A stretch of 64,000 bases of DNA from a virus. Lineage: Duplodnaviria > Caudoviricetes. The position numbers and the translations under genes were made by a program. The stretch lies in the IMG/VR virus record IMGVR_UViG_3300025154_000056, positions 1 to 64,000 of that record; one strand, 5' to 3'. Shown one piece after another: positions 25,738 through 35,007 of this stretch. The notes under the pieces were generated by a model. It was given only the letters and a program-made list of their open reading frames with translations, searched no databases and was not told the DNA's origin. Position 1 is the stretch's first letter; each line of letters starts with the position of its first letter.

Positions 25738-26481
25738 ATGTCAGCACTTGTATTCTTTAGTGGAGGTTTGGACAGCACCGTACTGGCTTGGGACATAGCA
25801 ACGTCTCCAGAGAGGTACGGCATATACAAAGAGAATCTTTGTGGTTCTGATAGGCTGATAATGTTGGCGTACGTCACTGCAGACCCAGCTGTTGTGCTCC
25901 GCAGGCTACACCCTGCTTTAGCTGCTATCAGGAAGGCATCAGGAGTCAATGTTGACTTGGTGCTGGCAGAGATCCCGAGAGAGTGGCGTAGTTTCAAAAA
26001 TGTCAATTCAGGGCATGTGTTTTCTAGTTTGAACCCACTAGCGTCGCAGATGTCTGAAGATCTGCTACAAATGCCATTCACCCCAGGCGTCCACTCCTGG
26101 CTAATTAGCTACGCTATCAATCTACTGCACCAAAACAAGTCGTCTAATCACCTAGGGCCACAAGCATTCTTTGGCTTTCAGTGGGAGTCAGAAGTGTGGC
26201 ACAAGTTCGACTCTGGGGAGTTGGTACACAACGACACGTCACTCGAATACATAGACTCACTAAACTCCTTGTCCGAGTTGTCTGGCTCCCCTGTGTTGTT
26301 CCAGGCCCCGTTTTTGGAGAACAGAATGAACAAGGAGATGATTGTCAGGCACGGTAAGAGGCTAGGCGTACCATTCGAGCACACTAGCTCTTGTTTGCGT
26401 GGGTGGATGAAGAATTGTGGTAGATGTAATCAGTGCATGCTTCGGTATGCAGCTTTGAGGAGCTTGGAAGATGTACGCTGA
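25738..26481 (+). CDS. divergent QueC-family PP-loop ATPase
   Basis: SGGLDS PP-loop; C-terminal SC...CGRCNQC zinc site; lacks YGQRH, VPxRN and YPDC. Confidence 0.8.
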   Translation: MSALVFFSGGLDSTVLAWDIATSPERYGIYKENLCGSDRLIMLAYVTADPAVVLRRLHPALAAIRKASGVNVDLVLAEIPREWRSFKNVNSGHVFSSLNPLASQMSEDLLQMPFTPGVHSWLISYAINLLHQNKSSNHLGPQAFFGFQWESEVWHKFDSGELVHNDTSLEYIDSLNSLSELSGSPVLFQAPFLENRMNKEMIVRHGKRLGVPFEHTSSCLRGWMKNCGRCNQCMLRYAALRSLEDVR

Positions 26482-27148
26482 AGAAGCACTTGTTCTATTG
26501 TCTGGTGGGTTGGATTCAGCTACCTGTTTAGCTTGGGCTGTTACTCACTACACCAAAGTCAAGACTATCACTTTCTTCTACGGTCAACGGCACAGCGTCG
26601 AGCTGACTGCGGCTGAGAAGGTCAGCAAGGCGTTTGGTGTTGACAATACGGTTGTTGCAATTCCCCCAAACTGCTTTCAGGACACTGTTTTGACAGGGCA
26701 GGGGCAAGAAAAAGCAGTTGCTGGGCAGGTAAACCCAGACGGGCTACCGAAGACCTTCGTCCCAGCCCGCAACCTAGTCTTCCTGGCTCTTGCGGCTGGT
26801 TTGGCTTACCGGAAGGAAGGAGCAGCCTCGGACCTCGTCATAGGGGCAAATGATGTCGACTACAGTGGGTACCCCGACTGCAGGCCCGAGAGTATCCTGG
26901 CAGCACAGATCGCGATACGATGCAGCCTCGGTGTTCCTGGGCTGTCTGTGCAGGCTCCGCTACTCGGGCTATCGAAGTCAGAAATAGTGCTGCTACTTAT
27001 TGACACAACACCCAATTGGAGTTCGGTACTACAAATGACAGTATCTTGCTACAATGGTGTGCGGCACGGATGCGGGGAGTGTGATTCCTGCAAAATAAGA
27101 GAAAATGCATTTCGAGTGCTGCACATGGAAGACCCGGCGAAAGGTTGA
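26471..27148 (+). CDS. queC: 7-cyano-7-deazaguanine synthase
   Basis: SGGLDS, YGQRH, FVPARN, YSGYPDCR, SCY...CGECDSC. Confidence 0.93.
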   Translation: MYAEEALVLLSGGLDSATCLAWAVTHYTKVKTITFFYGQRHSVELTAAEKVSKAFGVDNTVVAIPPNCFQDTVLTGQGQEKAVAGQVNPDGLPKTFVPARNLVFLALAAGLAYRKEGAASDLVIGANDVDYSGYPDCRPESILAAQIAIRCSLGVPGLSVQAPLLGLSKSEIVLLLIDTTPNWSSVLQMTVSCYNGVRHGCGECDSCKIRENAFRVLHMEDPAKG

Positions 27149-27633
27149 CAATGCTGTTCAATAGAGAAGCCACAACTATACCAGAAATTCACCAAGAGCT
27201 ACCTGATAGCGAGTTGCTGAAGGCACTCAGTAGTCCGTTTAGGAAGCGGGTCAACGAGGTCAGTGCAGACTTGGTGCATTTTGACGTACCTGAATTCACT
27301 TGTTTGTGCCCAATGACCAGGCAACCAGACTTCGCGGTGATCCAAGTGTGGTATATACCCAAAGAGTACATCGTAGAGTCTAAGTCTCTGAAGCTATACA
27401 TGCACTCCTTTAGGAACGTAGGGGCGTTTCATGAGATGGCGGTGCGCGTCATTCGGGAGGATCTCACTGATCTCCTAAAGCCCAGATGGATTATGGTGAC
27501 CGGAGAGTTCAACCGAAGGGGTGGTATTGCCTCGTCTGTGTCGAGTACCCACGCTGAAGGCACGTTCAATTCGTCTGAGCAGCTGACTATCAATCAGTTT
27601 TCAGATATTGGTAAGCTTCGATTCAGGGTGTAG
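27145..27633 (+). CDS. queF: NADPH-dependent preQ0 reductase (unimodular)
   Basis: PEFTCLCP..QPDFA, ESKSLKLY QueF motif, FHE, RGGI. Confidence 0.92.
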   Translation: MTMLFNREATTIPEIHQELPDSELLKALSSPFRKRVNEVSADLVHFDVPEFTCLCPMTRQPDFAVIQVWYIPKEYIVESKSLKLYMHSFRNVGAFHEMAVRVIREDLTDLLKPRWIMVTGEFNRRGGIASSVSSTHAEGTFNSSEQLTINQFSDIGKLRFRV

Positions 27634-27635
27634 CC

Positions 27636-30383
27636 ATGGATGACGAGATCATCGTCTCTGAGGGTAATGTACATAGTGGACCGAACTTCTGCCCGATGGA
27701 TACGGAGAGTATCGCGGACAAGATCGTTATCTTTGCAGAGGCGCTAAGTGATGTGGGGCTATATTCGTACCAAGTAGTTTATGCCCGTAGAATCATCACT
27801 AGTCTGCTGGAACACGATGGTCACGTCATCACGGCACTATGGAGTAGGCAAAGTGGCAAGTGCCATGCGAAGGGCACACCTATCATGATGGCTGACGGGT
27901 CAATACAACCCGTTGAATCCATCAAGGTGGGTGATAAGCTGATGGGTGATGACTCGACCCCAAGGACAGTCCTTTCCTTGGCTCGTGGCAGAGAGAAGAT
28001 GGTTCGCGTACAGCCCATCGGGGATTACGCAGACGCATATGTTGTAAATCAATCACACATATTATCTGTGAAGCGTAGGCACCTTAGCAGTTCTTACGAC
28101 AAGCCACGTAAGCGTACATGGGAAGTAGAGGACGTGTGTGTTGCTGATCTGCTCGGTAAGAAAGCCTTGGATAGCAAGGTCATGGGGTACAAGGTACCTT
28201 TGGAGTTCGATAGGCACGAGGTCGACCTAGAGCCTTACTGGTTGGGTCTATGGCTGGGTGATGTCGGTCAAAGAGACACACGCATCACTACGGCAGACCA
28301 AGAGGTAGTCGACTATCTGGAGGAATATGCGGAGTCTGTAGGGTGTAGGCTGTCTGAGTACGCGGAGGCAGAGGACAATAACTCGTCTACATTTGCTATA
28401 GTGTCCTCAGATCACGGAAACCCGTTGCGTACTGCTCTGCACAAATACAACCTATTGTTGAATAAGCACATTCCTACTGAATACAAGTGCAACGATAGGG
28501 ACACTCGGTTGCAGCTGCTCGCTGGCATCATTGACTCTGATGGCAGCCACGCCGCTAGTGCTGGCAAAGAGAACGTCATGGAGGTGACGTTCAAAAACAA
28601 GCGGTTGTCCGAAGACACTATGTGGCTTTTGAGGTCTCTAGGCTTCCGAGCATCTATGAAACCAAAGCCAGTAAATGGCACCACTTATTGGCGTGTCTGC
28701 GCTTACGGTGATTTTTCTGTAGTGCCCACCAGGCTTGACAGGAAACAATACAGTAAGTCTGTATTGAGAGAAGACCCTTTGCGCTACGGGTTTACTCTGG
28801 AAGAGTTACCAACCAGTAACTACTATGGATTTACACTAGACGGAAATAAGCGATACTTGCTGGCAGACTTCACCGTCACCCACAATACGGAGTGCATTGC
28901 AGACATTGTGTTAGCACTAGCAGTTCTATTACCAATTCTGGCTGATGCATTCCCAGACGACTATAGGTTTCATTCTTTTCGAAAAGGTTTCCGGGCTGGT
29001 ATCTACGCACCGAAGAAGGAGCAGGCAGAGATTTCTTTTGCTAGGATGAGGCAGCGTGCGGAGAGCACACATGGGGCAGCAGTTATGGCTGACCCAGAGA
29101 TCAACGTGTACTTGGTCGTTAGTAGAGGGGACACGCTTACGTTCTCCAATGGCTCTCGCATCATGGCCCGAACGGCCAGTGAGCAGTCATCTGTGGAGGG
29201 CGAGACGCATGACTTGCTGATTTGTGAGGAGAGCCAGAAGCTACTGCGCTCCAAGGTCGACAAGGAGCTGCGTCCAATGCTGGCTGCTACCAACGGTACG
29301 GAGGTGCACATTGGTACTGCGTGGTATTCGCGAGGTGGCTTCCACAACACCATCACGGACAATGTAGAAATCTACAAAAACGGCGGCCCTCGTAACCATT
29401 TTGAGTTTAGTTATGAATTAGTAATACGTGAGAAGCAAGCTGCGTACGATGCTACCGGCAATACATTCCACCTCAATTACGCGAAGTTCGTAAAGAGCAC
29501 TCTGAAGAAGCTCGGTGGGAACAAAGACAACGAAGAGTTCAAGATGAATTTCCGTTGTCTGTGGCAGGAGACTAGAGGCATTGCCCTCATGCCATCTGTC
29601 ATCAAGCGTGCGGCACTGTGGCACCAAGAGGTGGCCCCTCAAAGGTTCGGATTCCACGTGGCTGGGCTGGATGTTGGTAAGGTCACTGACTCGTCCGTGC
29701 TCACCATTGCGGATGTCGATATCGAAAATCCAATGGACATATCTGTCCACATGCCCGGCGCTAACAAGGACAAGACTGTAGCGTATATGAAGACGTTTAT
29801 TGGGTGGCTGGAGATGCTTGGATCTTTCGAAGGGGATACAGGGCAATACAATCAGCTAGTGGAATTTCTCATGTACTTCAATGTACACATACTAGCAATT
29901 GATGCTTCATCTATGGGCGACCCAGTTGCGGAGCACATTCAGACCCTAGTGGGGGATGACATAATGGTCATTCCGTATAAGTTCCACACCTCCTCAAAAA
30001 GCTATTTGTACAAGTACTATTTGCAGGAGTGGAATGCAGGCAGAATCAAGTATGCGGCGGGCCCAGAGACGCGAGAGACTTTCGAGTATACCCAATTCAT
30101 CGCCCAGCACACCGATCTGGACAAAGAAGAGAAAAACGGGTATGTTACTTGCAGGGCTCCAGAAGGCCAGCATGACGACTTTCCTGACTCCGGTGCGCTC
30201 GCTTGTTGGTGCGAGAAATACATCGACCAGCAAAAGATGCCAGAACTGGAGGTATCTACTGTCCAAAACTTCGGCACACTGAAGCAGCAACGACACGAGC
30301 CCGTCACAGGCAGCGTTGAAGTGAGTATGGTGAATTCATTCACCTCAGTGAGCAGAAGTGATAGATATAGATGTCGGAGCTAA
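27636..30383 (+). CDS. terL: terminase large subunit (intein-containing)
   Basis: RQSGK|T Walker A, LLICEE Walker B, GLDVG nuclease motif, HDDFPDS. Confidence 0.9.
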   Translation: MDDEIIVSEGNVHSGPNFCPMDTESIADKIVIFAEALSDVGLYSYQVVYARRIITSLLEHDGHVITALWSRQSGKCHAKGTPIMMADGSIQPVESIKVGDKLMGDDSTPRTVLSLARGREKMVRVQPIGDYADAYVVNQSHILSVKRRHLSSSYDKPRKRTWEVEDVCVADLLGKKALDSKVMGYKVPLEFDRHEVDLEPYWLGLWLGDVGQRDTRITTADQEVVDYLEEYAESVGCRLSEYAEAEDNNSSTFAIVSSDHGNPLRTALHKYNLLLNKHIPTEYKCNDRDTRLQLLAGIIDSDGSHAASAGKENVMEVTFKNKRLSEDTMWLLRSLGFRASMKPKPVNGTTYWRVCAYGDFSVVPTRLDRKQYSKSVLREDPLRYGFTLEELPTSNYYGFTLDGNKRYLLADFTVTHNTECIADIVLALAVLLPILADAFPDDYRFHSFRKGFRAGIYAPKKEQAEISFARMRQRAESTHGAAVMADPEINVYLVVSRGDTLTFSNGSRIMARTASEQSSVEGETHDLLICEESQKLLRSKVDKELRPMLAATNGTEVHIGTAWYSRGGFHNTITDNVEIYKNGGPRNHFEFSYELVIREKQAAYDATGNTFHLNYAKFVKSTLKKLGGNKDNEEFKMNFRCLWQETRGIALMPSVIKRAALWHQEVAPQRFGFHVAGLDVGKVTDSSVLTIADVDIENPMDISVHMPGANKDKTVAYMKTFIGWLEMLGSFEGDTGQYNQLVEFLMYFNVHILAIDASSMGDPVAEHIQTLVGDDIMVIPYKFHTSSKSYLYKYYLQEWNAGRIKYAAGPETRETFEYTQFIAQHTDLDKEEKNGYVTCRAPEGQHDDFPDSGALACWCEKYIDQQKMPELEVSTVQNFGTLKQQRHEPVTGSVEVSMVNSFTSVSRSDRYRCRS
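27861..28886 (+). mobile_element. intein with LAGLIDADG homing endonuclease domain (342 aa)
   Basis: starts CHAKGTPIMMADG, ends YYGFTLDGNKRYLLADFTVTHN followed by Thr; LGLWLGD and LAGIIDSDG motifs. Confidence 0.92.
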
Positions 30384-30862
30384 TAAGCATCACTGGAGGT
30401 AGCCCAGACTACCATCGAGCCATCAGAGCAAGTCTCCGATGGCTTCCATCGTGGTATGTACGGGCATCTGGGGTTGTTTCCGTAGAGGTCAATGCCAGTG
30501 AGGTCGTGCGTAAAGAGACTGCTATCTATTCGCACACATCCAAGGCAATCACACTGTCCCCCAATTTAGGCGTCCACACCCTACGACAGGCTTTGGCGCA
30601 CGAGTTGGCTCACGGTGTGGATGACCAATCCGACACTCGTAATCATCCTCACTACTTCTCTGCTTCTGATGTGTGGCTCAAGCTGCATGCACAGCAGTCT
30701 TCGTTTGATTTGGAGAAGCAGAGAAATCAACCAGTTGAATACTTCGCAGCTCAGCTGGCAAAACACGTAACAATGGGATCTGATCGATTCAGGGCTAGGT
30801 ACCCTGAAGAGTACGTGTTCTTTTCTACCTGGGTAGTACCAGTGGCTAAGACACTACGGTAG
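30371..30862 (+). CDS. zincin-type metallopeptidase
   Basis: LAHELAHGVD (HExxH) and downstream EYFA. Confidence 0.7.
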   Translation: MSELISITGGSPDYHRAIRASLRWLPSWYVRASGVVSVEVNASEVVRKETAIYSHTSKAITLSPNLGVHTLRQALAHELAHGVDDQSDTRNHPHYFSASDVWLKLHAQQSSFDLEKQRNQPVEYFAAQLAKHVTMGSDRFRARYPEEYVFFSTWVVPVAKTLR

Positions 30863-30874
30863 GAGCAAAAGAAG

Positions 30875-31297
30875 ATGTTGAAAGAAAAAGACTTCCGGTT
30901 TCCTCTCACTACGGCGGGTATCAAGCGGCACGTAGCGAATGCAGGTAAGGCTTGGCACTCCCAGGCTGTGGCTGCGACGTCAGGCCCCGACCAGATGACC
31001 TGTGGCTTTGCAGGGCACGCTGGCAGAATGCTTATGGTTCGCGTTCTTTTCGATGCTACTCCAGGTGTCGGGGAGTCCATGACGATCGACGTCCTGGTTG
31101 GTGGTGTGTCTATTCTCCATGGCGGTGTTCCGATCGCCCTCGACCTGACCAACATCGTCGGAAAAGAATGGTTGGAGTTGGCTCTCGACAGCAGCCTCAC
31201 CAATGTTGACCTTGGGGACGTGCTCACGGTCAATCGCACCTACGTGGCAGGCGCAGGGGCACTGGCAAACAACGTCATCGAAGCCTACTGGGCGTAA
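30875..31297 (+). CDS. putative virion structural protein
   Basis: AGGAG RBS; beta-rich; position in late region. Confidence 0.6.
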   Translation: MLKEKDFRFPLTTAGIKRHVANAGKAWHSQAVAATSGPDQMTCGFAGHAGRMLMVRVLFDATPGVGESMTIDVLVGGVSILHGGVPIALDLTNIVGKEWLELALDSSLTNVDLGDVLTVNRTYVAGAGALANNVIEAYWA

Positions 31298-31306
31298 GGG
31301 GCAATC

Positions 31307-31522
31307 ATGTCGAATCCCGGTGCAAGAGGTGGTTGGAGTCCTGCGGGTCCGTCCATCCCCAATGACATGGGTCACCCTGGTATGCAGCTGGACCCGCAAG
31401 AGGCTCTGGCTGCTGGCGTGCGCATGGCTCGGAAGAACAGGCAAGAGACTCAGCTTGGTGAGGACATGCGAAATTACCGACGCTCGTATTTGCAGCGGGC
31501 TAGGGTCGGAGGTAAGAAGTAG
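31307..31522 (+). CDS. small hypothetical protein
   Basis: tiles between neighbours. Confidence 0.6.
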   Translation: MSNPGARGGWSPAGPSIPNDMGHPGMQLDPQEALAAGVRMARKNRQETQLGEDMRNYRRSYLQRARVGGKK

Positions 31523-31524
31523 CC

Positions 31525-32517
31525 ATGGCTGGTCGAGGTGGAGGAGGTCGAGCCCCTGGTGGCGGTCGGCGCGTAATGAAGGTGCGCGCTACGAAGGTCT
31601 CTGTCGGGGTACAGAAGCCCAAGGCTGCGGCATCTGCGGCTAAGGCTAGGCCCAGTCGTGCCGCAGCAGCGGCTAAGGCTGCACCTACCAAGACCGCAGC
31701 TGTAAAGGGGCTGTCTATCGGTAAGAAGGGCCCGACAAAGTCTGTAGCCCCCAAGACAGCAGCAGTAGCCCCCAAGCAGCGGTCTGTGGCGCCTAAAGCG
31801 CCCAAAGCCGTAGCACCCAAGGCAGCGAAGAGTAACGTCTTCTCGGCCGCTCCTGCACGTCCTGGAGGGGGGAAAGCGGTCCGTCCCGCAGCTCCCACAG
31901 CGAAACAACGGGCTTCAGTAAAGAAAGAAGTCAATTCTGCAGTCAAGGCCAATAAGAAGGTCGAGACTGGTGTGCAGAAGCAGAAGCGGGCCCAACAAGA
32001 CCAATGGATGCAGAAGCAGAAGGGGCTAGCTGCTGACGCTAGCAAGCGTAGGACGGCTACTGAAAAGCAAAACAAAGCTGATCAAAAGTCGTCTCAGAAG
32101 GCAAAGACCCAGCAGCAAAAGCAAGACTCTAAATCCATCAAGTCTGTTGTGAAGTCCGTCCAGAAGAACGAGCGCAAATCTGCTGTGACAGAAGCTGCAA
32201 ATAGGCGGTCTGCAGTCAAAACAGTAAAGGCAGCAGCGAAGACTGCTGATGCTCGTAAGAAGAAGGCTGCTTCTCAGGTGCAAAAGCAGCACAACAAAAA
32301 GGTATCCGAGGCGCGGCGCAAGTTGGCTGAATCTGGGATTCGGCAGCATGTAGCAGCTGATCGGGCTCGTAGGACGAAGGACACAGCTGTTCGCGCAGCT
32401 GGATTGGTGACACGAGCGGCAAAGGCTACTATCGGAGGCGGTAAGAGCTTGGAGACGTCGCTGCGACACGGGCATGGGCAGGGTAAATCCCTAACGTCTA
32501 TTTTCAACCGGAGATAG
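31525..32517 (+). CDS. histone-H1-like Lys/Ala/Arg-rich basic protein
   Basis: VAPK/AAK repeats, very few acidic or aromatic residues; N-terminus MAGRGGGGR. Confidence 0.75.
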   Translation: MAGRGGGGRAPGGGRRVMKVRATKVSVGVQKPKAAASAAKARPSRAAAAAKAAPTKTAAVKGLSIGKKGPTKSVAPKTAAVAPKQRSVAPKAPKAVAPKAAKSNVFSAAPARPGGGKAVRPAAPTAKQRASVKKEVNSAVKANKKVETGVQKQKRAQQDQWMQKQKGLAADASKRRTATEKQNKADQKSSQKAKTQQQKQDSKSIKSVVKSVQKNERKSAVTEAANRRSAVKTVKAAAKTADARKKKAASQVQKQHNKKVSEARRKLAESGIRQHVAADRARRTKDTAVRAAGLVTRAAKATIGGGKSLETSLRHGHGQGKSLTSIFNRR

Positions 32518-32713
32518 CGTGTACCATATTCGATACTACGAAAAACGCATCCACCCAGACGCCCTCAAGGGTGCTTTGGGTTTCTTTGTATTTGTTCTAA
32601 ACTGGATCAGGTGGAAGTTGGAAGTCCTGGTTCAGAGTCTCATGCTCAGGTACTTAGTCAAGGTAGGCGGCATTCCCAGAGACAAAGAGATTCAATTGAG
32701 GAGGATGTTCTCA

Positions 32714-33049
32714 ATGGATGTTCAGGCAGAGAAGCTCGACATGGCTCGTACTTCTCCGAATAACTCAATCATCCAAGAAGACTTCCCTACCATTGAGCGT
32801 ACTGATCATTCTGAAGGCCGCTTTGGAAATGCACTGACGTCTGTGGACGATGAATCTGAAAAAGAAACAACAGTCAATAGACCAGGCTCAATTCAAGATA
32901 TGATTTCTCGGTATTCTGCCCCAAAAAGAGTTAGAGGCTATGCTAGTAGGCACGAATACTTCGTGCATGACGTAACGGACGACAACGGAGAGGAGGGCGG
33001 TTTTAGAGGGATTGTCTCAGTAGGAAGAGGAGGCAAATATGGTGGATGA
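32714..33049 (+). CDS. hypothetical protein
   Basis: GAGGAGG RBS before ATG 32714. Confidence 0.6.
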   Translation: MDVQAEKLDMARTSPNNSIIQEDFPTIERTDHSEGRFGNALTSVDDESEKETTVNRPGSIQDMISRYSAPKRVRGYASRHEYFVHDVTDDNGEEGGFRGIVSVGRGGKYGG

Positions 33050-33749
33050 TGGTCTACATGAGGATTCCTCAGGTAATCATAAGGACCGATTTCCGTGCTT
33101 GATGCACGCTAAAGATATCCAAGATCTCAAATCCCGCACAACCCGTTTAGAGAGCGGGATGTTGGAAGTATTAGCGGAGTCGTCTGCTAGCAGGAATGCT
33201 GCTGAGGGTGCAAAGGTAGAGGCAAAAGCAACAAAGGAAATAGCCACTAAGGTATTCAACTCAATAGGTGAATTCCGAGGTGACTTTCGAGAGTACCAAA
33301 AGCAGCAGAGGCAATCCTGTAGTACCATCCATGATGGTGTGTCTGAGAGGCTAAAGTCTCTTGAAGCCAAAGACCCAGACGACATTGGGTCTGGTATCCG
33401 TTATGTCGACGAGCCAGAGCTATTAGCGGCAAAGTATGACGTCAAGTCCAAGGCTTTGGATGAATTGAAGGAGCGTCTTTCTGGTATGGAGGGCGTAGTC
33501 AGGTCCCTGGAAGACGACCGAGAAGATGCTAAGGCGGCAGCAATTCAAGCAAAAGAAGATGCTAGATCGGCAGAAGAGCAGGCTAGAGCAGATAGACGAG
33601 CAGCGGCTGAGGCTCGGAATGCTGCTGATGCTCTGATGCTGACCACGCAGTCGCAACTCAAGACTGCTAGGTACGGTATGTGGGGAGCTATTGCCACGGC
33701 GATTATCGTCGGGGTATTCGGTGTGGTTCAGGCTTTGTACGGAGGCTGA
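33039..33749 (+). CDS. coiled-coil protein with C-terminal transmembrane helix (possible lysis/holin-like)
   Basis: heptad-rich body; WGAIATAIIVGVFGVVQAL. Confidence 0.6.
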   Translation: MVDDGLHEDSSGNHKDRFPCLMHAKDIQDLKSRTTRLESGMLEVLAESSASRNAAEGAKVEAKATKEIATKVFNSIGEFRGDFREYQKQQRQSCSTIHDGVSERLKSLEAKDPDDIGSGIRYVDEPELLAAKYDVKSKALDELKERLSGMEGVVRSLEDDREDAKAAAIQAKEDARSAEEQARADRRAAAEARNAADALMLTTQSQLKTARYGMWGAIATAIIVGVFGVVQALYGG

Positions 33750-33750
33750 T

Positions 33751-34962
33751 ATGAGTAACGCGTATAGCAACAAGACTTCTGAGTCGGTACGATCGGTTTT
33801 GCAATCTGTGATGCACGCTGCTGGCGTGACTACATTGGATTTGTCCAATTCACCGTCCTTCAAATTGGTTCTTGAGAGTAGGGACGGGCAAAGTCTGTCG
33901 TACTCCCTTACTCCCTATGGTGCTGGGCAGTCGATGTCTGGGCTTGTCCGTGGAGCATATCTGGCTGTCCCTGGCTCTGGTGGTGCCGCAGATCTGGATG
34001 GCGCTTACGGAACCGGTGTCATGGTCGGCAATACTTTGGACATCACAGTACCTGCCACACCTGAGGGGCTGGATCCGGTACCCGCTGATGCCATCATCTA
34101 CGCAGTCAAGACCACGGCTGGCGGCAAACCAAAGTCTTTGAATGCTGTTCGGTTGTCGGCCACGCAGATTCGTGTGTACTCCGATGGTACCGGGTACAGC
34201 GGGCCCAATGAAGTTGATACAGTACCCGCGACTCTGGTGGCTGGTACCAGAGACATCACGACCAACGTCGCGCCTGCTACGACCGACCTACTGTTCGTGG
34301 AGCAGGTGACTGCTGGTGGCGGGGCTGCACAGCATTATGCAGCATTTCGAAAAGACGCCACGGATATTACTATTCAGGCGTATAGCGCTGCTGGCGCTTT
34401 GGTTGCGACGAATACCGCTACTGTTCGGGCACACAAGTTCCCGGTCGGAGCTGCTGCTGCTGCTACTGCTACCGGTACTCTGGTTGCTGGTGTGGCTACG
34501 ATTGCGCTCACCAATGCAGCTGGCGATATTCTCTTGGTCAAGCAGGAGACCGCTGGTGGCACGGCGGCGAATCACTTCTCCGTAGTTCGCGTTGACAACA
34601 ACTCAGTGAAGGTCTACGCACACACGGTTGCAGGGGCTCTGCAAGCACTCAACACCTCGGCAGTGCGCGTGTACAACATGGGCGCAGTCAAGGCAGCAGC
34701 GAGTACCTTGGTGGCTGGTACCATGGACATCCTTCTGACAGTGGCTGCTGCTGATCGGCTTTCCGTGAAAGAGATCACGGCGGGAGGCGACCCGGCTACT
34801 AGTTTCGTTGTATTCCGAAAGGATGCGGACGAAGTCACTGTCGTTGCTTTGGATGCGACTCCTGCGAAGGTGGCAACGAATACGTCTGTCGTCCAGGTAT
34901 ATAACCACGGTCAGTCCGGGGCTGAGACGTCGACCATTCGTTGGGCTGTCGTTCGACCGTAG
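33751..34962 (+). CDS. virion protein with four beta-rich internal repeats
   Basis: TLVAG...TAGG...NTxxV repeated at about 75-80 aa. Confidence 0.7.
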   Translation: MSNAYSNKTSESVRSVLQSVMHAAGVTTLDLSNSPSFKLVLESRDGQSLSYSLTPYGAGQSMSGLVRGAYLAVPGSGGAADLDGAYGTGVMVGNTLDITVPATPEGLDPVPADAIIYAVKTTAGGKPKSLNAVRLSATQIRVYSDGTGYSGPNEVDTVPATLVAGTRDITTNVAPATTDLLFVEQVTAGGGAAQHYAAFRKDATDITIQAYSAAGALVATNTATVRAHKFPVGAAAAATATGTLVAGVATIALTNAAGDILLVKQETAGGTAANHFSVVRVDNNSVKVYAHTVAGALQALNTSAVRVYNMGAVKAAASTLVAGTMDILLTVAAADRLSVKEITAGGDPATSFVVFRKDADEVTVVALDATPAKVATNTSVVQVYNHGQSGAETSTIRWAVVRP

Positions 34963-35007
34963 GCGGCGCAGTACAGTCCAGTCCAAAGGCACTGAGCAGA
35001 GGTAATT

